From assembly GCF_028641065.1 (NCBI RefSeq), contig NC_073379.1, positions 16,926,001 to 16,990,000 of the forward strand: a DNA stretch of 64,000 nucleotides, in the 5' to 3' direction. Positions 1-11,102 of the stretch are shown one piece after another. The position numbers were made by a program, and so were the translations under genes. The notes beneath the pieces are model-generated. The model did not search any database and was not told the origin of the DNA. It saw nothing but the letters and a program-made list of their open reading frames with translations. Source of the DNA: Leucoraja erinacea. Taxonomy: Eukaryota. Each line of letters begins with the position of its first letter. The first letter of the stretch is position 1.

Positions 1-1048
1 AATACCAATTTTGAATGTTTTGTTGTATTTTTAGTCAAGAGGGAGAAATTAAACTAAAAGTGCAGGGATCACGATTGAATTGTGCATGGAAAGATTGACT
101 AAATTAATCAGACAGATTAGGAAGTGGAAACATTGAAACAGACAGCTGTACTGGACCAAGATTTTCATCTTTGTAAACTGGGTTTATCACAATCTCTTCA
201 CATTGCCCTTTCTAATAATCTCTATTTCCGTATTACCATGGATTTAGACAAACACGATGAGTGAAATACAAGTGTTGCTATTATAAAATCTAACTGGAAT
301 GATTATACCGTTAAGATGATCTCAATTCCTGTACTCTTGAGTTTTCTAATTTATTTTAAGATATATCACTCTAAAAGTATTTTTACAAATAAAAATATAA
401 CTTGAAAATGGAAAATATATGTCTATAGCTCTCTAGCTTTCCAACAGAAAGATAATGACATCATTAACTGTATACTTAAGCCAAGTGCTGTTTGTCAAAA
501 TTACATCAAAGCCCTTCTTACAGTCTTTCTTGCAAACACATATTGAAACACTTACCACTATTCCATAGGACCTCAGCCAAAATGTATAGCCATGTGTTTT
601 CTCAGTCATAATCAAGATATGCACAGCAGAGTTTTTGCTGGTTTGTATTAGCGATGGAACTGTTCAGTACTCTAAATCAGGAAGCTGGCCAACATTTTAC
701 CAGTTTACTGATCCAGCGTACTGGCCAATTATAAACAGACTAATTGTTCAGTACGCTAGATCAGTAAGTTGGTGACATGTTAAAAACCGCAAACACAATG
801 GACTATTAGTAGCACTTTAGCCATAAACCACGCTATATTAACAGTCCTATTGACAACTGCTACCAGATATCACTTTTAGCTTATTGGATGTCAACAGGAG
901 TTTATCGAAACTATAAAGTGATAAATAGGATTTCTCACAATGTTTTTGCCACAATATTCAAAATGAAGAAAGTGCATACATCTTAATAAACACCCAGTGT
1001 ACAATAAAGTTGCATTAATTTAACACGTATTTTCAAAATTGGAGTTAC

Positions 1049-1451
1049 CTGATGCATCAGTTCCAGATCTTGTGGCTGACTCTCCATCGGAAAATGAGAC
1101 AGACTCAGAGTCAGAGTCACTGGCTTCGCTCCTTGTATCATAATCCTGTTCATGGCCCTCCTCCTTGTTTTCTCTGGGATCTCGCTCTCTGAAATCATCT
1201 TGCTCAGACATATCCCGTTCATATTCTTCCTCCTCTACTTCCTCCTCCTCTCCCTCCTTCTCTTCCTCAGGATCATCTTCATCGGGCCTAATCTCGTCTG
1301 CAGCCTCATCCTGATTGTCATGGTCTTCAGAAGAGGTGTTTCCCTCAGAATCAATTTCAACCTCTGATTGATAATCGGAATGAGTTTCCTCTTTGGATGA
1401 ATGGCCTGATCGATGCATTTTAACACCGTCTTCGATATTCCTCAAAGTCTT
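1049..1451 (-). CDS. YTHDC1: YTH domain-containing protein 1, coding exon 4 (acidic/Glu-rich region)
   Basis: Acceptor ttaatgcag| (AG at 1452-1453), donor TCAG|gtaact. Translates KTLRNIED...EEEKEGEEEEVEEEEYE...DYDTRSEASDSDSESVSFSDG, matching the vertebrate YTHDC1 motif DYDTRSEASDSGSESVSF. Phase 0 in, phase 1 out. The gene continues beyond the left edge. Confidence 0.93.
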
Positions 1452-1879
1452 CTGCATTAAAAAGTACAACTTTGGTAAAACAGGCATGCTCAAATTAAAA
1501 GACAAACACAGACAATGTAAACAAAAATATTTTTTTTATTAAATCTAGTTGATTAAAACGGTAATTGATTACAAATGTTGTAGAATTGGGGAAATTGTTT
1601 GTAAGAAAAAAAACACAAATCATTCTTCCACTTTTCACCTAAATCATACATTATTCGGGTCCTTTAAATACGTCCAAATCGCAGATTATTTAAAAAAAAC
1701 AAATCATGGGGCAATATTTTGTTGTGCAAAACTAAGCAGGGAAAATAAAGCTGGGAAAGAAAGCAGGTTAAAGAAAAGCACCTAACCATAATATATTTAA
1801 TGTAGCCATCCATCAGTGGCTTTTTAAGGTCCTAAACTGGAACAAGGCTGATTTTGGATCACAACTACACCTTTAGCAA

Positions 1880-2160
1880 AAGTATGAGGAATCAAAAGTA
1901 AAGGGAGAGGACAGAGTAGAGTGTTATTTGAGGGAAACTGATTGTGTCTCATTCATGGAATAAACAGGTGGCCCAGAAGTCTTCCTGATGGGGAATGCAG
2001 GAGTAAAAGGACTGGACGTCCATTGTAAATGTCAGGCCGCTAGGTGGTCCAACCAACCATTCAGCTAGACAGAAACTGAAAGCATACGGCCTAATTAAAT
2101 TTGGGCAGAAGGAGACAAGGGAATTGACCATTGAACAAAAGCCTCCCAAATAGATCTACT
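1880..2160 (-). mobile_element. Degenerate Penelope-like RT fragment
   Basis: Minus-strand translation FTMDVQSFYSCIPHQ resembles the PLE RT motif TMDVxSLYTxIPH. Confidence 0.55.
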
Positions 2161-2689
2161 TGAAACAAATGATTTCACAATCGAACACAGTGCATGAAAG
2201 TGCAGTAAACACTATTTACTCAAATTTTATATATAACAAAAGCTCCTTTCATAAAACCATTCTGTCAAATAAAGGACAATTTAACTAGCCATATTTAAAA
2301 GTACAAATGAGTGAATCACCACGAAAAATTGCCACATTCATCCTCGGACCAGTCTGTTTAAAAATAGATAATTCAATTTAAAGATTACAGGTAAATAATT
2401 TAAATTTCCATACTATTATTTATATATAAGAAATTGCGGCCTCCGAACTGCAAGAAAATGCAAATAATGGAAAGCAAGGAGATGACAGATGAATGCAAGA
2501 GCTATTGACCCTCACTATAGAGCATAATTAAAGTTGGGAAGAAGTTAGGCAATAACTATCATAGGATACAAAAAGATGGCTAGAGACATATATGACGCGA
2601 GTGTTAATCCTGGAAAGAATCCTAAAAAAACTTTGCACGTTTCCTTTGAGGATATGCCTTCTGATATGCTACCCTTGGAAAACGACCGT

Positions 2690-3400
2690 CTACCTTATCT
2701 ATCCCTCCCAGAATCTAGGCAACATCCTGGTGAACCTCTTCTGCACCCTCTCCTCAAAAGCCCCCACATCCTTCTTGTAATGGAGCAACAGGATCTGCAC
2801 AATACTCCAAATGCGTCCTCCAAATACACAGATGACGTCTTGAGTTTGTTCAAGAATCCAGAATCTGCAGTCTCGTGTCCACACAGTCTCATAGCCACAA
2901 TATAAGTTTTATACAGCCCCAATATGACTACCTGACTATTGTTGGCCTGATCAATGAGGGCAGACATGCCACCCTCTCCATTTCTGTTGACGCTTTCAGC
3001 TACGGACTTGAACCCAGAAATATCAATGGTCCAGAGGGTCGTGCTACTTTCTGCACAATTTCTCCGAGCCAAAGTGCAAAACTGCAACTTGCCCGGATTA
3101 AACTCCTGCCAAATATTTTGCTATTTCCTTTGACAATCTTTTTCATTACCCACATCTCCAACTTTTGTTTCATCTGCACACTTACTATTACTAATCAGCA
3201 TGTCCTGCACACATGCATGCACACGGAACTTGGCGGAATACTACTGGTCACAGACCAGGGAAAGATTCCTCCATCAATCTCCTCTGTCTTCACTGGCCAA
3301 ACCAATTTTTAATGCATTTTAATCTTCTAGTTCAGCCCACCATAAGGGATTTTGCTAAATGCCTTACTAAAAAAAAAATCCATGTCAACAATATCCACTG
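2690..3400 (-). mobile_element. Old CR1-type LINE fragments (degenerate)
   Basis: Minus-strand remnants such as LYKTY..., LEDAFGVLCRSCCS, DVGAFEERVQKRFTRMLP and VDIVDMDF..SKAF are CR1 ORF2 C-terminal and RT motifs. Confidence 0.6.
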
Positions 3401-3912
3401 GCCTACGTGCAATTATTTTAGTCAAAAAATATAACAAATGAAATTTTGACAAGGTCTTGATAGGTGCAGAAAGAATGCTATCTCTTGTGGGAGAAGCTAC
3501 TTCTTTGAAACGCTCTCGCTCAAAAAGGCAATGGAAGCAGACTTTTAAGGTAGAAGTGGAATGATAGATTCTTGACCTGACAAACGTTACCAAGTGTATT
3601 AGAAAATACAGAGCTAACCAAATGACCAGGACAGACTTGAGTTTATCAAGTAGAGGTTCAGACTCGAGGGACCAAGTGACAGACACATAAATGATAGGTT
3701 GGAATGTAGAATCCAAGAACTGCAAATGCTGATTTATACCAAAGATAGACACAAAGTGTTGGAGTAACTCAGCAGGTCAGACAGCATCTCTGGAGGGGAG
3801 GATAGATGATGTTTCAGTTCAGGACCCTTCTTCAGATTAGATATGGGTACAAATAATATTTCAGAAAACGGCCACTGCAAACATTATCTAGTTTATATTT
3901 GTTTTGTCTTAC

Positions 3913-4256
3913 CATGCCGTATGTTTCGGACTGATCAGGAGTGGCTGATTTCATTTTTCTGAGAGACTCTCTTCTTCTACTCCCAACTTTATCAGTTCGA
4001 TCTTTCTGCGATTCCCGAGAACCTGGCGCATGGTTCTTTCTCTCACTGCTGGCAGTTTTGCTTCGTTCGTATCGCTGGTATTCATCCTTCTTAAAGGCTG
4101 GCAGATGTCTACCTTTTGAAAGGGAGGCCTTTATGTTATCTCCTGCAGAAGGGCAGGAAGATCGTTTGCTAACTTGCCGTGCCGAATGGCTGGAAGATTT
4201 CTGCCTTTTCCCATCACCACTGTCAGCCCTCTCCTTTTCATTTTTTCTTTTTGATG
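3913..4256 (-). CDS. YTHDC1: YTHDC1 coding exon 3
   Basis: Acceptor ttattgaacag|, donor ATG|gtaaga; 344 nt. Reads (A)SKRKNEKERADSGDGKRQK...SATPDQSETYGM and keeps frame with exons 1-2 (28+102+344=474 nt). Confidence 0.88.
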
Positions 4257-4991
4257 CTGTTCAATAAAGGTTGATATTCTTTATGGCTCAAAGTCAAATA
4301 CGCAAATAAAATGAAAATACAACAATTCCTATAAGTAATTAGCTGATTCATAACTATATAAAGCAATATTGATTAAATACATTTGCTTTCATGGATTTAA
4401 ATGTCATAAGAATACCCTCTCGAAAGAAGTTATCGCTGGTGCTATTGAGTACCTATTGAAATTGACTTTTATTACTGGAATTGTGGCAATGTAAATCAGA
4501 TTAAACAATTCTTTAAAACATCCCTTAATGTTACTGTGTAATGAATGTAATCAAGTACTGACCATTCAAATAGACATTGTAACTGGACTCCAGTTTGCCT
4601 TCAGCAGAGGAGCACCCTAGACTGCTGGAGCAACATGTGCTGAGTAATCCAAAGCACAAAACCCAGTAATCCTAAAACAGGTGATTCATTGAAAATCTAA
4701 AAAACTAGACCAATTTCCTTTTTAATAAATTAGATAAATCACAATCATTGAAAGAAGCCAACGTTCCGACAATTCTTAAAAACAAATGAACACTTTCCAA
4801 AGCAAGTAAAGGTGAATAAAGTTACGTCACAGACAAAAATAGTATTTTGGGTTAATTTTCGGGTACAAAACCATACTACACCTACGAACCAATTGCACCT
4901 CAGCCACGATAATGCCAAAGGCTCTTTGAGTGGCATTGCTGAATATACTGTCAATCCAAACACCAAACACACTATCACTATTACATCATAC

Positions 4992-5093
4992 CTTTCTTCT
5001 CACTAATGTCTTGTTCACTTTCAGGATTATAAAGCTCATCATCTTGATCAGGCGCTTCTGTCAAGATATCATCCAAAACATTGACTTCACCAT
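4992..5093 (-). CDS. YTHDC1: YTHDC1 coding exon 2
   Basis: tttttag| acceptor, AAAG|gtatga donor; 102 nt encoding [34 protein letters not shown], nearly identical to the human YTHDC1 N-terminus. Confidence 0.95.
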
Positions 5094-5839
5094 CTAAAAA
5101 ACAAGAAATTCATCCGTTACCTTATATGTCTCATTTGTTACATGTCTACTTGTACAGCCAATCTAATGTAGTGAAACAAATGGATGTTACATTTTTATAA
5201 AAGCTTAGAAAATGTTAAAGTTTCACTGGATTTGCTGTGAAAAGATGACTGTAGATGAAACAGTATTGCTGATTTGATCCGGGTCTGGTTTTGCTGCTGA
5301 TGACCTGATCCATAATCCATATCAGGTTTTCTACACCATCACCTGGTGGCATGCGGGCAGCCATGCTGGTTAGTTCAACATGATTCGGAGCCTGTAGTAC
5401 GCATTTCAATGGTTTCTGTATGTATCCAAATTAAAGTACTTGTTATGATATATAATGACTGTATCATTAGTACTTTGAGCATGGTGTCGGAGGTGGGACT
5501 TTGGTTTGACTTTGGCTGTTATTTATAAGGCTTCACCATTCACTATTTTGTCATCTCAAATTATTAAATGTTAAAGCATAAAATGTGTCATCAAATCTTA
5601 GGCAATCTTTCTCCTTGAATGTGATGCCATATGTAATAATCCAACTTCATCGCACATTCCTTACATTCTTTGTTACAGAGGACAGAAGGCAGAACTTGGG
5701 AGTACAATTTATGAAAAATATAGCCAGGCTTTGGCATTCCAGATCATGAGGCACAAAATAAACGAGCAAACTGTAGTAGCAAAATCCGAGAAAAGTGTTT
5801 TTTTCAACAAGCACTCGAAGGTTGACACATTCTAGGATA

Positions 5840-6945
5840 TTCACTCCATCCGAGGGGACAGACTTCTGACCGACATACACTACAAACCCACTGACTCACA
5901 TGGCTATCTGGACTACACGTCTTCCCACCCTGCCCCCTGTAAAGACTCCATCCCCTACTCCCAATTCCTCCGCCTACGCCGCATCTGTTCCCAGGATGAG
6001 ACGTTCCATACCAGGGCATCGGAAATGTCCTCGCTCTTCAGGGAACGGGCATTCCCCTCCTCCACCATAGATGAGGCTCGCACCAGGGTCTCATCCATAC
6101 CCCGCAACACTGCTCTCTCTCCCCATCCCCGCACTCGCAACAAGGGCAGTCCCCTTAGTCCTCACCTTTCACCCCACCAGCCGGCAAATACAACAAATAA
6201 TCCTCCGCCATTTCCGCCACCTCCAACGTGACCCCACCACTCGCCACATCTTCCCATCTCCCCCCATGTCTGCCTTCCGCAAAGACCGCTCCCTCCGCAA
6301 CTCCCTTGTCAATTCTTCCCTTCCCTCCCGTACCAGCCCCTCCCCGGGCACTTTCCGTTGCAACCGCAAGAAATACAACACCTGTCCCTTCACCTCCCCC
6401 CTCGACTCCATTCAAGGACCCATGGTTCACCTGTATCTCCTCCAACCTCATCTACTGCATCCGCTGCTCTAGATGTCAGCTGATTTACATTGGTGAGACT
6501 AAGCGGAGGTTGGGCGATCGTTTCGCCGAACACCTCCGCTCAGTCCGCAATAACCTACCTGAACTCCCGGTGGCTCAGCACTTCAACTCCCCCTCCCATT
6601 CCCAATCCGACCTCTCTGTCCTCGGTCTCCTCCATTGCCAGAGTGAGCAACACCGGAAATTGGAGGAACAGCACCTCATATTCCGCCTGGGTTGCTTGCG
6701 TCCGGATGGCATGAACATTGAATTCTCCCAATTTTGCTAGCCCTTGCTGTCTCCTCCCCTTCCTTAACCCTCGAGCTGTCTCCTCCCATCCCCCCCCCCG
6801 CCCTCGGGCTCCTCCTCCTCCCTTTTTCCTTCCTTCTCCCCCCCCATCAGTCTGAAGAAGGGTTTCGGCCCGAAAACTTCACCTATTTCCTTCGCTCCAT
6901 AGATGCTGCTGCACCCGCTGAGTTTCTCCAGCATTTTTGTGTACC
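5840..6945 (+). mobile_element. Penelope-like retroelement, 5'-truncated (RT C-terminus, GIY-YIG endonuclease, pLTR)
   Basis: YKPTDSHGYLDYTSSHP...IPYSQFLRLRRICS; GIY-YIG motif LIYCIRCSRCQLIYIGETKRRLGDRFAEH; pLTR at 6849-6945; flanked by a perfect 14-bp TSD cacattctaggata (5826-5839 and 6946-6959). Confidence 0.92.
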
Positions 6946-7241
6946 CACATTCTAGGATAGTCTGCTGTACACTGAGAATGTCAAGAAAATATCACCAAAG
7001 AGACTGATGATGACTTAATTGAGCAAGTGAATCCCATGATTGAAGGCCTGGAGGATAGTCTTATGATTAAGGGGTGACAGCAATGTGTTGGTGATATGGG
7101 CTGAGAAAGAGAATGTGACCAAAAAGGTCGATGAAGGCAGGGCTGTAGACATTGCATACATGGATTTTAGTAAGGCATTTGATAAGGTTCCATATGGTAG
7201 GCTGCTCTGGAAGGTTAGATCCCATGGGATCCAAGGGGAGA

Positions 7242-8647
7242 TAGTGCCCTCCATAATGTTTGGGACAAAGACCCATCATTTATTTATTTGCCTCTGTACT
7301 CCACAATTTAAGATTTGTAATAAGAAAAACATCACAATGGTTAAAGTGCACATTGTCAGGTTTTATTAAAGGCCATTCTTATACATTTTGGTTTCACCAT
7401 GTAGAAATTACAACTGTGTTTATACATAGTCCCCCCCCCCCCCCCAATTCAGGGCACCATAATGTTTGGGACGCATGGCTTCACAGATGATTGTAATTGC
7501 TCAGGTGTGTTTAATTGTCTCCTTACTGCAGGTATAAGAGAGCTCTCAGCATCTAGTCTTTCCTCCAGTCTTTCCATCACCTTTAGAGACTTTTATTGCT
7601 GTTTATCAACACGAGGACCAAAGTTGTGCCAATGAAAGTAAAATAAGCCATAATGAGACCGAGAAACAAGAATAAAACTGTTAGAGACATCAGCCAAACC
7701 TTAGGCTTACCAAAATCAGCTATTTGGAACATCATTAAGAATATAGAGAGCACTGGTAAGCTTACTAATCTCAAAGGGATTGGCAGGCCAATGAAGACCT
7801 CTACAACTGATGACAGAAGAATTATTTCTATAATATAGAAGAATTCTTTCTATAATAAAGAAAAATCCCCAAACACCTGTCCGACAGATCAGAAACATTC
7901 GGAAGTCAGGTGCAGATTTGTCAATGTCCACTGTCCGCAGAAGACTTCATGAACAGAAATACAGAAGCTACACCGCAAGATGCATACCACTGGTTAGCCC
8001 CAAAGACGGTTTGCCAGAACCACAGTTCTGGAAAAGGGTCTTGTGGACAGATGAGACGAAGATTTACTTGTATCAGAGTGACAGCAAGAGCAAAGTATGA
8101 AGGAGAAAAGGAATTGCCCAAGATCCAAAACATACCACTTCATCTGTTAAACACGGTGGTGGGGGTGTTATGGCCTGGGCATGTATGGCTGCTGAAGATA
8201 CTGGCTCACTTAACTTCATTTATGATACATCTGCTGATGGTAGTAGCATATTGAATTCTGAAGTGTATAGACCCATCTGCTAAAGTTCTAACAAATGCCT
8301 CAAAACTCATTGACCGGCAGTTAATTCTATGGCAAAGCATCATCAGAGAAGATACCCAGCAACTGGTGATGTCCATGAATCGCAGACTTCAAGCAGTCAA
8401 TACTCAACATGACTACTTTCATTTACATGACATTCCGGTGTCCCAAACATTATGGTGCCCTGAAATGGGGGGGGGACTATGAGTAAACACTGCTGTAATT
8501 TCTACACGGTGAAAACAAAATGTATAAAAATGGCCTTTATTAAAATCCGATAATGTGCACGTGATTTTTTTCTATTACAAATCTCAAATTATGGAGTACA
8601 GATTAATAAATAATTAGTTTCTATCCCAAACATTATGGAGGGCACTA
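7242..8647 (+). mobile_element. Tc1/mariner transposon, IR/DR type, internally deleted and defective
   Basis: About 210-230 bp TIRs (7242-7472 and 8440-8647), each with the direct repeat ccataatgtttgggac at both ends; TA flanks. Transposase remnants: HTH TVRDISQTLGLPKSAIWNII, WKRVLWTDETK, SVKHGGGGVMAWAC. Confidence 0.92.
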
Positions 8648-8654
8648 GCTGACA

Positions 8655-8915
8655 TAATAATAATAATAATAATAATAATTTTATTTATAGAGCACTTTAA
8701 AAACAAACATAGCTGCAACAAAGTGCTGTACATCACTAATCATTGACAAAAAAGTTAATACACACCAAAAATAACAATCAAAAGAAATAGTAGGAAAAGA
8801 CATGTAAAATAAAGAAACATCAAAAACACCACAAACAGAAGCAAAGCCTCAGGCATGGTCAAAAGCCAGGGAGTACAAATGCGTTTTAACACTGGATTTG
8901 AAGATGGACAGTGAG
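8655..8915 (-). mobile_element. L2-type LINE 3' end with (TTA)n tail
   Basis: Minus strand reads tgtacagcactttg...tttttaaagtgctctataaataaaattattattatt, a typical fish L2 3' terminus. Confidence 0.6.
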
Positions 8916-10229
8916 GGGTTAGAAAAGTGGCTTCATGGAAGAAAGCAGAGGGTGATGCTAGAAGGTTGCTTCTTGGACTAGAAGCCTGTAACTGGAAGTA
9001 CATGGCATGTTTGCAGATGACACAAAAGTTGGTGGTATTGTAGATAATGAAGATCGTTGTCAAAAATTGCAGCAGGATCTTAAATAGTTGGACAGGTGGA
9101 CCAAGGAATGGTTGAAGAAATTTAATACAGAAAAATGTGAGACGTTGCATTTTGGGAGCATTAACATGGGCAGAACCTACACACTAAACATTGGGACTCT
9201 GGGGTGTGTTGTAGAGGAGCGGGATCGAGGAGTACAGGTACATAGTCCGTTGAAAGAGTACAAAATCATGAGAGGAATAGATTGGTTAGACGATCTGTCT
9301 CTTGCTCATAGTAGGACAATCAAAAATAGGTTAACGGTGAGGGGGGATAGATTTAATAGGAACCTGAGGTAAAACATTTTCATGGTAAGGATGGTAGGTG
9401 TATGGAACGAGCGGTCGGAAATGATGGTTGAGGCAAGTACTATCGCAGTTTAAGAAACATTTACACAGGAACATGGATAGAACAGGTTTAGAGGGATAAG
9501 CACCCTTAGCAGGTTTAGAGGGATAAGCAGGTAGGACAGTATAGATGGGTAATGTTGGCCAGTGTTGGCAAGTTGGGCCATTTTCAACGCTATATGACTG
9601 CGTCTAATTCAGACTAATTAATGCGAGGTGATGTGTTTTAGGCGTATCGATGAGGCTAAGATAAATACTATGCAAGGTAAGGTATAAGGGAGTACTGAGG
9701 AACAGAGGAACTTTAAATCTAATGATCCTCGAACGTGGCATGCAGCTTGATAAAATGGTTACGACGACATGGAATACTGGCCTTCAATAATCAAGGTATT
9801 GATGCAAAGGTAGGTAGGTAATGAGCAATTTTATGAAATATTGGTCAAATTCTCAGGCAGAGTACGGTGTGCGGTTCTGTTCACCACACTATAGGAAAGG
9901 TACCATAGAGCTAGAGAGGATGCAGAGGAGAGACACCGTGGTGTTTCCTGTGCTGGAGGGTTTCCATTATAAGGAGAAAGGATGTGAGCGAGCTGTATAA
10001 AATTATGAGAAGCATAGGCAGGGTAGACTAGAGGAATCTAATTCCCAGATCAAACGTAGATAAAACTAGAGGGCACAGATTTAGGGTAAAGGGTATTGGA
10101 CAATATACTATTGTCTCGTGTAAAAGTTCCAAGAGATTTAGAGATGTTTTTACCCGGAGAATAGCAAGTATGTGAAATACACTGCCTGAGAGAATGGTGG
10201 ATGCAAAGTCATAGAAGGAATGTCTAGAT

Positions 10230-11102
10230 CAGGGGTCTCCAAATGATGGCTCACGGGTCACATCCGGCCCGCAACGAGATTTTATTTGGCCCGCAGCAAG
10301 CTCTAAACACGTTCCGTGCAGCGGGCTATTTAGCGGGTTCTGTGGTTGCGCAGCTTTAGAGATACAGCGCGGAAATAGGGCCTTTGGCCCATCAAAGCAA
10401 TGCCCGTAGCACTATTCTACACACATTCGGAACAAATTCAATTAAACTACTAACGTGAAGTGTGGGAGGAATCCAGAGCACCCGGAGAAAATCCACACAT
10501 GTACAAACTCCGTACAGACAGCACCGTAGACAGGATGGAATCCGGGTCTCTGGCGCTGTGAGGGGGGGGGGGAGCTAGTTGGCGGCAGGGTCGGCCAGGG
10601 TGGGTGTGTAGCGGTCTCTCCCTGTGAGGGTGACCCGTGAGCAGCTCACGCTCCAGGGCGACACACTGACCTGGACCCTTTGACCAGGCCTCCGCCGTCG
10701 CTTGCCGGGGGAATCCTCCCCTGCCCTTTAATTTTTTTTCTCTCTCTCTCCCCTTTCTCACACCCCCTCTCCCCCCCCCCCCCCTCCCCATCTCTCTCCC
10801 CCCTCCCACTCCTTCCCCCTCTCTATCTCCCCCCCTTCTCTCTCTCTCTCGGCAGCCCTGTGGAGATCGGCGGATCGGTAGTCGGCTGCGTGTGATAAGT
10901 GTGTGTGTGTGTGCGTGCGGATCTATGTGTCTGTGTATGTGAGAGTCCACATGTGATAAGTATAAGTGGCTATGTCTGTGTGTGTGTATGCGCGAGTGTG
11001 TGTGTGTGTGTGTGTGACATTTCTTTATTTTTTTGCTGCAGCCCACAAAAATGTGCCAAGTATATAATGTGGCGCTCATGCTGAAAAGTTTGGAAGCCCC
11101 TG
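10230..11102. mobile_element. Non-autonomous hAT (Charlie-like) element with nested SINE and microsatellites
   Basis: TIRs caggggtctccaaa / tttggaagcccctg; perfect 8-bp TSD gtctagat (10222-10229 and 11103-11110); inserted in a CR1 remnant. Confidence 0.85.
10355..10563 (-). mobile_element. HE1-like tRNA-derived V-SINE (nested in hAT element)
   Basis: Reverse complement has the tRNA-like head cagcgccagagacccggattccatcc, V-domain gtttgtac...ccgggtgctc and CR1-like tail. Confidence 0.75.

Larger units (their letters stand above)
7060..9600 (+). mobile_element. CR1 LINE fragment split by later insertions
   Basis: VDIAYMDFSKAFDKVPYGRLLWKVRSHGIQGE (7085-7240) resumes as WLHGRKQRVMLEGC (about 8920) and FADDTKVGG...WLKKFNTEKC (9010-9140). 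Confidence 0.8.
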
